Source: an uncultured bacterium (GTDB taxonomy: Bacteria > Bacteroidota > Rhodothermia > Rhodothermales > DASSAV01). From it: a DNA stretch of 64,000 bases. The stretch spans positions 3,142 to 67,141 of the forward strand of contig CBINFS010000017.1 of assembly GCA_966250015.1 (NCBI GenBank), given 5' to 3'. A program made the translations under genes and the position numbers. Below are positions 9,384 to 18,034 of this stretch, in pieces. Each line of letters begins with the position of its first letter. Within the stretch, counting starts at the first letter, position 1. The notes beneath the pieces are model-generated. The model did no database searches. It worked only from the letters and a program-made list of their open reading frames with translations, and was not told the DNA's origin.

Positions 9384-9941
9384 ATGCGCCCGCACGTCCT
9401 CGGCATCGACGACGCCCCGTTCGTCAAAGGACACGGCCGGGAGGTGCCCGTCATCGGCGTCATGATGGAAGGTGCTCAGCTAGTCGAGGGCGTCGCCGTG
9501 ACTTCGTTCCCAGTCGATGGGCCCGGCGCGACGGGTTTTCTCGTCAGTTGGATCAATGGAATGTCGTGGCACGACTCGCTTCAGGCAATCGTGCTGGGCG
9601 GGATCACGATTGCAGGCCTGGGAATGGTAGACATCGTCGAGCTGGCGGCAGGAACGGGCATCCCCGTTCTTTCTGCGACGAGAAAGAATCCCGGGGACAA
9701 TACACTCGAACGGGCTCTACGCGCCGCCGGCTTTGAGGACCGGCTCGCGATCCTCCGGCGAACACCTCCCGCCGTAAAGCTGGCTCAGGGATTCTACCTC
9801 GCGTGGGCAGGCACCGATCAGCGCCACGCCGAAGCCGTCGCTGGCGCCACGATGCTAAAAGCATCACTCCCCGAGCCGCTACGTATAGCGCACCTCATCG
9901 GTGCGGCGCTCGTCAATGGCCAGTCACGCGGCCGCGTGTGA
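9384..9941 (+). CDS. DUF99 / UPF0215 family (endonuclease V-like fold)
   Basis: VLGIDDAPF, VDG, LGGITIAG, LPEPLRIAHLIG. Confidence 0.85.
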   Translation: MRPHVLGIDDAPFVKGHGREVPVIGVMMEGAQLVEGVAVTSFPVDGPGATGFLVSWINGMSWHDSLQAIVLGGITIAGLGMVDIVELAAGTGIPVLSATRKNPGDNTLERALRAAGFEDRLAILRRTPPAVKLAQGFYLAWAGTDQRHAEAVAGATMLKASLPEPLRIAHLIGAALVNGQSRGRV

Positions 9942-9952
9942 TGGCGTATGGA

Positions 9953-11017
9953 CTACTGAATCGGGCGAAACATCCGGTCGAACCTCGGGCGATGCGTCTC
10001 TTCGTCCCACGAAAAGACCGTCGCGACGGCCTTACCCATCACGTGATCTTCGGGGACGAAGCCCCAGAACCGGCTGTCGAGCGAGTTGTCCCGGTTGTCG
10101 CCCATCATGAAGTAGTAGTCCTGCTCGATCGTGTAGGTTTGAGCAGGCCGGCCATCGATGAGGAACGTGTGGTCGTCTCCCCGCTCGACCGTGTGCCCCT
10201 CGTACTTCTCGATGATCGCGCCGTACGTGGGCAAGGTCGTTTCGTCGAGCGGCACCACCTGCCCGCGGTAGGGAATCGTGATCGGTCCGTATTCGTCCGG
10301 CGTGAACCCGCTGCCCTTCGGGAAAATGTCGTCCGAGGCGTCCGATGAGAACGAATAGGGTTCGACGCGCTCGACGGCCGCCAACGACTCGACCTTCTGT
10401 ATCGCCTCGTTCGTCGCTTCGATCAGGAGAAGCTCAGGGTTGTCGGTCCGATACGTCGCCGAGACACCCCGTTGCACCAGCTGTGATTCCGAGAGGTAAG
10501 CCTGTCCCTCTTTCAGGTGGATCCACCAGAGCTGTTGCATTTTTTCGGGGAACGGCAGCCGTTCGCCATTCACGAAAAGCGCCTTGTCGCGGATTTCGAA
10601 AACGTCCCCGGGGAGCGCGACGACGCGTTTCAGGTACGGCGTTTTCTGATCGACCGGAACGTCTTCGATCGGCAGGTGGAACACGACGACGTCGCCACGT
10701 TCGATCGACGAAAACCCCGGCAACCGCACCGACGGCAACGTCACGCCCGGCACGTAGAGCTTCAAAAACGGAATGCCGGGCGAAACCGGCGTCTTCGGGC
10801 CGTAGTGCACTTTCGAGACGACCACGTAATCTCCCGGTACGATCGTTCCGGCCATCGACGGTGTCGGCACGGTAAACGGCTGGACGATAAAGGTATGAAG
10901 GGCGGTCACCACCAGCAGCGCAAACACCAGGGACTTCGCGGTTTCGTATAACAGGTGTAAAACGCTCCTGTTGATGCGGGCGGCCTGTTTCCTGGCTGGC
11001 CGTCGAGCTCGACTCAT
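9953..11017 (-). CDS. lepB: Signal peptidase I
   Basis: N-terminal TM; VPTPSM (Ser), YLKRVV (Lys), GDNRDNSLDSRFWG. Confidence 0.95.
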   Translation of the reverse strand: MSRARRPARKQAARINRSVLHLLYETAKSLVFALLVVTALHTFIVQPFTVPTPSMAGTIVPGDYVVVSKVHYGPKTPVSPGIPFLKLYVPGVTLPSVRLPGFSSIERGDVVVFHLPIEDVPVDQKTPYLKRVVALPGDVFEIRDKALFVNGERLPFPEKMQQLWWIHLKEGQAYLSESQLVQRGVSATYRTDNPELLLIEATNEAIQKVESLAAVERVEPYSFSSDASDDIFPKGSGFTPDEYGPITIPYRGQVVPLDETTLPTYGAIIEKYEGHTVERGDDHTFLIDGRPAQTYTIEQDYYFMMGDNRDNSLDSRFWGFVPEDHVMGKAVATVFSWDEETHRPRFDRMFRPIQ

Positions 11018-11106
11018 GGCTATGGAGAACGGACTGTGACGAGTGCGTACAGGACTTCGCTACGCGCCGTTCCAGTGTTTGTTACGGGTGCAGCCCCGCA
11101 GAATAG

Positions 11107-11147
11107 AAAAATCCCGGCCCCCCGGTCGAGCCGGGGATGGCCGGGAT
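11107..11147 (-). terminator. Terminator downstream of the 11173..11757 lipoprotein gene
   Basis: atcccggcc...ggccgggat stem with inner ccccgg/ccgggg; A-run on the + strand is the U-tail on the - strand. Confidence 0.7.
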
Positions 11148-11172
11148 ATCTAAGGTTTTGACCCGTTTCGGG

Positions 11173-11757
11173 TTACATGCCTGGCGGCGGCACGGGCGTT
11201 TCGATGCCCATACCTGTCGTATCCTGCATCATACCCGAGGTGTCGTCCATCATCCCCGACGTGTCGTCCATCATGTCCGGGGCGCCGGCGCCGGGTGTAA
11301 TGCTGATCGACTCCGCGACGATCACCGGCTCCTCTGCTTCGAGCTCGACGTCAAGCTCGGGATCGAGGTCCAGGCCATATTCCTGCTCGATGTCGGCGAC
11401 GGTTGATTGACGTACCGTCCCGGTCACTTGAACCATGTCGGACTGATTGAAGCCCATAAACCCGGAGACACCGGCGGTCGCGCTGGGTGGAGCGACCACG
11501 ATGATCCCGCGCCCCAGGCCGTCACTGCCCATCCGGAAGGCCGTCGAGCCGTAGGCCTCTTCGACCTCCCCCGTCAGCGTAACGGTCTGGCCCATGTACT
11601 GGTCAGGATTGTCCGTGATGGCGTCTACGGTGACCCCAGCCTCCATCTCCTCCGTTTCTTCCGTCTGGCAACCTATCAGGCCAACCGTCAGGATCACCGC
11701 AAACGCGAAGGTAAAGGGGATTCTCATCCGCCCGAATACCGTTTTTAACCTTTCCAT
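11173..11757 (-). CDS. Acidic lipoprotein, probable OB-fold, with Met-rich tail repeats
   Basis: Lipobox LIGC; NPDQYMGQTVTLTGEV...VQVTGTV pattern; MMDDTSG x2 + MMQDTTG. Confidence 0.8.
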   Translation of the reverse strand: MERLKTVFGRMRIPFTFAFAVILTVGLIGCQTEETEEMEAGVTVDAITDNPDQYMGQTVTLTGEVEEAYGSTAFRMGSDGLGRGIIVVAPPSATAGVSGFMGFNQSDMVQVTGTVRQSTVADIEQEYGLDLDPELDVELEAEEPVIVAESISITPGAGAPDMMDDTSGMMDDTSGMMQDTTGMGIETPVPPPGM

Positions 11758-11843
11758 AAGTTCTATATCCTTTTTAGTTAGTGGGTGATGTATATCTCGC
11801 TGAATTCCTTCAGCTTTTTCATCATGTCATGTTTGAGGCATGG

Positions 11844-11869
11844 TGACGATTTAAACGGTTGCTCGTTCC
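11844..11869 (-). promoter_or_regulatory. Candidate ECF-sigma promoter
   Basis: Minus strand reads GGAAC-N16-CGTCA, about 90 bp upstream of the start at 11757. Confidence 0.45.
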
Positions 11870-12072
11870 AAAAGACGGGCTCCCTCGGCAACGGACTGGT
11901 TACGGAACCGTAATTTGATTGCAACCAGCTCTTCTCTTCTCCGGTAACGAAGAAAAAAGATCTACAAAAACCTCTCTCTCCAACCGTTTTTTGGCGTAAC
12001 GACACGTACGCAACAGACCGTGCAGACGGCGGTATAAGACAAGTAATTTTTAGCGATTAAGCACGTCTCGGC

Positions 12073-14442
12073 ATGCACGTTTCTGGTAGTGGTATTTACT
12101 CTGACGTCGCCCTGTTTGGAAAAGATCCTACCCCGCGCCTGCTCGACGTCCAGCCGGTGCGGAACGGGTCGGACGAGCAGCCGGCCACCGTCAGGGTTTA
12201 CCGCAGAAGCGAGGACCTGCAAACCGTAAATGTCGACGAGGAGCGCATCTTCCCCTTCTTTTTCCTCTCCGACGTCCAGCTCCTGAAGCCGTTTCAACGG
12301 GACCGTTTTCGATACAATGAGCTGGAGGGGGAGAATCCGTATCGCTTTCTCGTCGTGTTCGACACCTGGAAGGACTACTGGGACGCGGTGCGGCTGATCG
12401 AGCGATTGACGGGCCAGACCGGCAGGCGGTCGGACGCCCTCTACCTGATCTCCAGCCCCGCCCAACAATACCTGATGCAGAGCGGCAGGACCTGCTTCAA
12501 GGAAATGGCGCTCAACGACCTCCACCGGATGCAGCTCGACATCGAGGTCTCGACCGAACACGGGTTCCCGAACGCGTCGAGGAAGGAGGACGAGATCATC
12601 ATCGTCGCACTCTCCGACAACCGGGGACGCCTCCACACGCTCGACAGGCGCGAGATGTCCGAGCCCGAGCTGCTCCGCGAGCTGGTCCGGCTGATCCGCG
12701 AATGGGATCCGGACGTCATTGAAGGCCACAACGTCCTCGCGTTCGATTTCGCCTACCTGATGGCACGTTGCGAGCGGTTCGGCGTGGCGTTTGCCGTCGG
12801 TCGCGACGGCTCGGTTCCCCGAACCTTCCAGGCGAACATGCGATTTGCCGAAAGGTCGGTCGAATACCCGGCCATCGAGATCGCCGGCCGGCACGTCATT
12901 GACACCTACTTCCAGGTGATGGCGTACGACGTCGTCAAGCGTGACATGCCAAGCTACGGTCTGAAAGCCGTAGCCCGGTACTTCGGCTTCGCCCGGAAAG
13001 ACCGGACGTACGTCGAGGGGAAGGAGATCGCACGCCTGTGGAAAACCGACCCGGAGCGACTGATCAGCTACGCACAGGACGATGTCCTCGAGACAGAAAA
13101 GCTCGCCCGGCACCTCTCGGGGTCTTCGTTCTACCTGACGCAGATCGTGCCGATGACCTATGGCCAGGTGGCCAGAACGGGACCGGCAGCCAAGATCGAG
13201 AGCCTGTTCGTGCGTGAGTACCTGCGCAGGCGGCACAGCATCCCCCGCAGTGAATGGGGCAGCCAGGCAGCCGGAGGGTACACCGACGTCTTCGTGACGG
13301 GCGTCCTCGGACCCATCGTCTACGCCGACGTCGAGAGCCTGTACCCCTCGATCATGCTGAACTACGGCGTAAAGCCCAGGTCGGACGCCCTCGACCTCTT
13401 CCCCACCCTGCTTCGACGCCTCACCGATCTGCGGTTCGAAGCCAAACGAAAAATGAAGATGGCGGCTTCAGAGGAAGAGCGGAGCGAGCTCGACGCACGG
13501 CAATCGACCTACAAGGTGCTGATCAACTCCTTCTACGGCAGCCTGGGCTTCACCCACGCCGTCTTTAACGACTTCGCCGAAGCCGACCGCGTGGCCAGGA
13601 CCGGCCAGCAGCTCCTCCGGCAGATCATCGGCCTCATCCGGCAGTACGGTGGTCTCGTCGTCGAGGTCGACACCGACGGCGTCCTGTTCGTGCCACCCGA
13701 AGACGTCCGGGGCGAAGAAGCGGAACAGGCCTTCGTGAGACGGCTAAGCGACGAGATGCCCCCCGGCATCAACATCGGGTTCGACGGCCGCTTCCAGCGG
13801 ATGCTGTCGTACAAGAAGAAAAACTACGCGCTGCTGACCTACGATGGGCGGCTGCGGTTCAAAGGGTCCTCGCTCGTATCGCGATCGAGCGAGCGGTTCG
13901 GCCGCCACTTCGTCCGCGAGGCAACCCGCCGCCTGATCGACGAAGACATCAAGGGCCTGCACGACCTCTACATCGAGACGCGTGAGCGGATCATCGCCCA
14001 CGAGTGGGAAAGCGTGGACGACTTTTCGCGGACGGAGACGCTGAAAGACCCCGTTGCCCGGTATCTCGAAGACGTGGAAGCGAACCGCCGCACGCGCGCG
14101 GCATCGTACGAGCTGGCGATCCGGCAGGCTGCCGAAACGGGCATCCCCCCGCGTGTGGGCGACCGGATCAGCTATTACATCACGGGCGGATCGGCGGGCG
14201 TGGTGGGCTTCGAAAATGCCCGCTTCGCCGACGAGTGGGACCCCGCCAATCCGGACGAAAACACCGCGTTCTACCTCAAACGCCTCGACGAGTTTGCCCG
14301 CAAGTTCGAACCGTTCTTTACCGAACACGACTTCCGCCTGATATTTTCACCCGAAGATCTCTTCGGCTTTTCAGCGGAAGGGATTAGATTGCAGCGCCGT
14401 GAGCAGGCGATCGATTCGCTCGAAGGAACCACCCCCTTCTGA
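12073..14442 (+). CDS. Family B DNA polymerase with 3'-5' exonuclease domain
   Basis: Exo motifs DIEV, GHNVLAFDF, YAQDD; pol motifs ADVESLYPSI, KVLINSFYG, VDTDG. Confidence 0.93.
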   Translation: MHVSGSGIYSDVALFGKDPTPRLLDVQPVRNGSDEQPATVRVYRRSEDLQTVNVDEERIFPFFFLSDVQLLKPFQRDRFRYNELEGENPYRFLVVFDTWKDYWDAVRLIERLTGQTGRRSDALYLISSPAQQYLMQSGRTCFKEMALNDLHRMQLDIEVSTEHGFPNASRKEDEIIIVALSDNRGRLHTLDRREMSEPELLRELVRLIREWDPDVIEGHNVLAFDFAYLMARCERFGVAFAVGRDGSVPRTFQANMRFAERSVEYPAIEIAGRHVIDTYFQVMAYDVVKRDMPSYGLKAVARYFGFARKDRTYVEGKEIARLWKTDPERLISYAQDDVLETEKLARHLSGSSFYLTQIVPMTYGQVARTGPAAKIESLFVREYLRRRHSIPRSEWGSQAAGGYTDVFVTGVLGPIVYADVESLYPSIMLNYGVKPRSDALDLFPTLLRRLTDLRFEAKRKMKMAASEEERSELDARQSTYKVLINSFYGSLGFTHAVFNDFAEADRVARTGQQLLRQIIGLIRQYGGLVVEVDTDGVLFVPPEDVRGEEAEQAFVRRLSDEMPPGINIGFDGRFQRMLSYKKKNYALLTYDGRLRFKGSSLVSRSSERFGRHFVREATRRLIDEDIKGLHDLYIETRERIIAHEWESVDDFSRTETLKDPVARYLEDVEANRRTRAASYELAIRQAAETGIPPRVGDRISYYITGGSAGVVGFENARFADEWDPANPDENTAFYLKRLDEFARKFEPFFTEHDFRLIFSPEDLFGFSAEGIRLQRREQAIDSLEGTTPF

Positions 14443-14486
14443 GCTCGATAACAGCCTGAAATTTCGCCCGAATCTTTACCCCGCCG

Positions 14487-15875
14487 ATGCTTCGATATTT
14501 CACCGCTTTCCTCCTCGCCGCGTTACCGCTTAGCCTTCAGGCGCAATCATCCAGACCCGGCCTCGCCGACCTCTACCGCGAAACCGCAAACCGGATTATC
14601 GCAGCCGCACTCGATGACAGCGCCACCTACGACCGGATTGCTTACCTCACCGACACGTTCGGCCCGCGCCTGAGCGGCTCGCAAAACCTCGAAGACGCCA
14701 TCGACTGGATCCTGAGCGAGATGCAATCGGACGGGCTGGACAACGTCCGGGGCGAGCCCGTGATGGTGCCTCACTGGGTCAGAGGCAAGGAATCCCTCGA
14801 AATGATCGAGCCCCGGCGCACCTCGTTGAAGGTGCTGGGGCTTGGCGGCAGCGTCGGCACACCCGAAGAAGGCATCACGGCGCCGGTGCTCGTCGTCCGT
14901 TCGTTCGATGAACTAGAGGAGCGCAAGGACGAAGCCGCCGGCAAGATCGTCGTTTTCAACGCCCCCTTTACAAGCTACGGTCAGACGGTTCAGTACCGGG
15001 GCAACGGAGCGATACGCGCCGCGCAGGCCGGAGCGGTCGCAACCCTCGTGCGTTCGGTTGCGTCCATGTCGCTGTATTCGCCCCACACGGGGATGTTGCG
15101 GTACGACGAGGGCACGCCCCGCATCCCGGCTGCCGCGATCACCGTCGAGGACGCGGAGATGCTGCAACGCATGCAGGACCGGGGTCAATCCATCGTCCTG
15201 CACCTCTCGATGGGTGCGCACACGCTCCCCGACGCACAGTCGCGGAACGTGATTGCCGAGCTCACCGGCACAGAATACCCCGAAGAGGTCGTCGTCATCG
15301 GGGGACACATCGATTCGTGGGACGTCGGCACCGGCGCGATGGACGATGCGGGTGGCTGCGTCGTGTCGTGGGAAGTGATCCGGCTCCTGAAGGAGCTCGG
15401 CCTGCGCCCGCGCCGGACGATCCGGGTGGTGCTCTGGGCCAACGAAGAGAACGGCCTCCGTGGCGGTCTCGCCTACCGCGACGCCTACGCCGAGTCCCTC
15501 GACGACCACGTGCTCGCCATCGAAACCGACGGCGGGGTCTTCAAGCCCGACGGCTTCGGCTTCTCCGGCACGGAGGAGGCGATGGCCATGATACGCGAGA
15601 TCGGCACACTGCTCGATCCCATCCAGGCCGGCACCATCACGCGAGGAGGCGGCGGCGCCGACATCGGGCCGATCATGCGCGAAGGCGTCCCCGGCATGGG
15701 CCTCTCCGTCGACGATACGAAGTACTTCTGGTACCATCACAGCGAAGCCGATACCGTCGACAAGCTCGACCCGCACGAGGTTAACCTCTGCGTCGCCGCG
15801 ATGGCCGTGATGGCCTACGTCGTCGCCGACATGCCCGAACGCCTTCCGCGCAGAAAAGCCCCGGCGACGAATTGA
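14487..15875 (+). CDS. Secreted M28 metallopeptidase (carboxypeptidase Q-like, PA domain)
   Basis: Signal peptide; GPRLSGS, GGHIDSWDVGTGAMDD, NEENG, YHHSEADT. Confidence 0.93.
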   Translation: MLRYFTAFLLAALPLSLQAQSSRPGLADLYRETANRIIAAALDDSATYDRIAYLTDTFGPRLSGSQNLEDAIDWILSEMQSDGLDNVRGEPVMVPHWVRGKESLEMIEPRRTSLKVLGLGGSVGTPEEGITAPVLVVRSFDELEERKDEAAGKIVVFNAPFTSYGQTVQYRGNGAIRAAQAGAVATLVRSVASMSLYSPHTGMLRYDEGTPRIPAAAITVEDAEMLQRMQDRGQSIVLHLSMGAHTLPDAQSRNVIAELTGTEYPEEVVVIGGHIDSWDVGTGAMDDAGGCVVSWEVIRLLKELGLRPRRTIRVVLWANEENGLRGGLAYRDAYAESLDDHVLAIETDGGVFKPDGFGFSGTEEAMAMIREIGTLLDPIQAGTITRGGGGADIGPIMREGVPGMGLSVDDTKYFWYHHSEADTVDKLDPHEVNLCVAAMAVMAYVVADMPERLPRRKAPATN

Positions 15876-15898
15876 GAAGCATTTTTGCCCGTACAAAC

Positions 15899-16624
15899 TC
15901 AGAGCCCATACTTGACGGCCAGCGTCGGGTAGACCAGCAGGCGGTTCGAAAAGGAGTAGACCTGATAGTACAACTTGACTTCTGAGCCGATCGCAAACTA
16001 ATCGTTCAGGTTGTACCAGATCTGCGGCTCGCCGAGGCCCACGAACTGTTTGCCGCTTAGGTGCTGCGTCCAGGCATCGCCATGGTTTTTGCTGATCGTC
16101 CAGAGTACGAAGTAGGCCGTCAGGCTCACCCGTTTGAGTACCTCCTTGCTCCACCAGAAGGAGTACATCACGTCGTGGCTGGGTGCGTCGAAATTGGTGT
16201 ACCGGTAGGCCAGGAACGTACTTGCCCAGCTATTCAGCAGCCGGAACGGATAGGCCGCCCCCGCGGAATAAGTATTGTTGATCGAGTAGCCCGCGTCGGT
16301 TTCGCCGATGAAGCCCATGCCACCCGAGTACTCCAGGTGGAGGTAAACGGGCACTGGCCAGAACCTGAGGTCGTGAGAGATCCGAAAGTAGAGCTTGCCC
16401 AGGTTGTTGTTCCTTCCGGTGAAATCGGCGTCAACCTTCATGAGCAACGACCCGTAATCCAGCGATTTGTACGTCTCGAACGAGAACGTGGTAAAGTCCC
16501 GCGCATTATTTTGGGGATCGACGGAATGACGCAGGTCGTAGCTTAGCTGTAAGGTCTGCGCGAGAACGGAGGGTGAAAAGGCCAGTAGAATGGCCAGCAG
16601 CGGCCACTTCATTCGTTGTTCCAT
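15899..16624 (-). pseudogene. DUF5020-family (Tsx-like) outer-membrane protein interrupted by an in-frame TAG at 16000..15998
   Basis: Signal peptide, QTLQLSYD, HLEYSGG, GEPQIWYNLND*; the frame continues FAIGSEVKLYYQVYSFSNRLLVYPTLAVKYGL to TGA at 15901..15899. Confidence 0.75.
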
Positions 16625-16749
16625 CGGGTAAATCCTTGATTCCGGTTTCACTAACTGCGTGTTGCGTCCAATATGCGCACGATTCGAAACGTCGCCCGTA
16701 ATCGGGCCGGAAATCATGCGGAAATCTGCCACCAACGGTCGTAGGCGCG

Positions 16750-17949
16750 ATGAAGGACGTTGACGCCAGGGTGTTTGCCGGCCTGTTTCGAGATGCTTAT
16801 CAGAAGTGCTTTTCGCACGACCTGACCGCTCCGCTCACGGAATCGGAAAGCCATCACTTCAGCAACGAGATCCTTGAAAAGACGGGTCTCGTGATCGGCT
16901 GGAAAAGCCTGAAGAACTACTCCCACTTTGTTCTGAGCACGCCCGGGCATACGCCGCAGAACCCTTCGATTTCGACGCTCGACACGCTGGCGCGCTACGT
17001 GGCCGATGCCCCTCCCACCGACGAAGTGCGCCGGAAGCAGGATGAGCGTCATTTCCCGTACTGGTTTCAATACAAGGAGGCGTTCCTCGCCTCGAACCAC
17101 CCGGAAGGATCGGACGAGCCGGTGTCCGCCGGCGAACCACGCAGGCCACGAAAGTGGGCAGGATATGCAGCGGCCGGGGTGGCGCTTCTCGTGCTCGTTT
17201 CCATTGCCCTGCCGTTCCGCAGAAACTCCGGGGAAACCACGTTCACCGACGAGTTCGACGCCGTTACGGAGGATGCCCTGGCCGAAAAAGGATGGTTCGT
17301 GCAGTCGAAAACAGAGGATTATTGGGACCGGCGCGGTGAAAAGCCCGGTCACCTGACGCTGTTCACCCTGAGCGGCGACAACTGGCCCGACGCGCACCAC
17401 GAAGAGGAGATCAAAAACCTGCTGCTGAGAAGTATTCCTTCCGACTGTTTCATCGCCGAGCTCCACCTGAGCGACTTCTTCCCGACGCAAAACTGGCAAC
17501 AGGCCGGCCTCCTGCTCCTGGAGGACACCACCTTTACTGGAAAGAGCCTGCGCCTGTCGATCGGATACAACGATTTTTCGGGCGGATTCACCGGTCCGCG
17601 GGAGGTGATCGTGCAGGCCGTGACGTCGCTGGGGCGGGAGTTCAGCAAGCCGGAAGAGATCGCCCACCACCAGCTCTTTGCCCTGGAACCGGAAACCGAT
17701 TCCCTGACACGCGCCAACCTCGCGTATTCCGCGCTCCGGATCGAACGGCGGAGCGACGGTTTCCGGTTGTTGTACTCAAATGGCCCGCTGCCCAACACGG
17801 CTTTCAAAGAAGTGGCTCGTACGGCGTTTAGCATGCGCCCTGCGTACGTCGGGCTCTTCGCGCTTCGCGGATGGGTAGACCATGCGGAAGCCATGCCCGT
17901 CTACATCGACGCCTTCAATCTGACGGGATATCCATGCAAGGATTCGTGA
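16750..17949 (+). CDS. Single-pass membrane protein: cytoplasmic N-domain (possible HTH) + TM + periplasmic concanavalin-like beta-sandwich
   Basis: N-term GLVIGWKSLKNY..NPSISTLDTLARY; TM YAAAGVALLVLVSIAL; FTDEFD, NWQQAGLLL, LRIER, YVGLFA resemble GH43 C-terminal/DUF1349 folds. Confidence 0.7.
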   Translation: MKDVDARVFAGLFRDAYQKCFSHDLTAPLTESESHHFSNEILEKTGLVIGWKSLKNYSHFVLSTPGHTPQNPSISTLDTLARYVADAPPTDEVRRKQDERHFPYWFQYKEAFLASNHPEGSDEPVSAGEPRRPRKWAGYAAAGVALLVLVSIALPFRRNSGETTFTDEFDAVTEDALAEKGWFVQSKTEDYWDRRGEKPGHLTLFTLSGDNWPDAHHEEEIKNLLLRSIPSDCFIAELHLSDFFPTQNWQQAGLLLLEDTTFTGKSLRLSIGYNDFSGGFTGPREVIVQAVTSLGREFSKPEEIAHHQLFALEPETDSLTRANLAYSALRIERRSDGFRLLYSNGPLPNTAFKEVARTAFSMRPAYVGLFALRGWVDHAEAMPVYIDAFNLTGYPCKDS

Positions 17950-18034
17950 GTCCCGACTGCTCTGGATTTTCGTACGACGGGCTCAACTTGCCGCGACACA
18001 ATACTTTTGTTTCTTCAGATGCGTCGCTGAAGTT

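Noticed and set aside
12073-14442. Prophage or pipolin around the family B polymerase
   Set aside because: No integrase, att repeats, structural genes or compositional shift; flanked by housekeeping-type genes
15998-16000. Pyrrolysine or genome-wide amber recoding
   Set aside because: Several ordinary genes in the window terminate at TAG at their expected ends, and no pyl genes are visible
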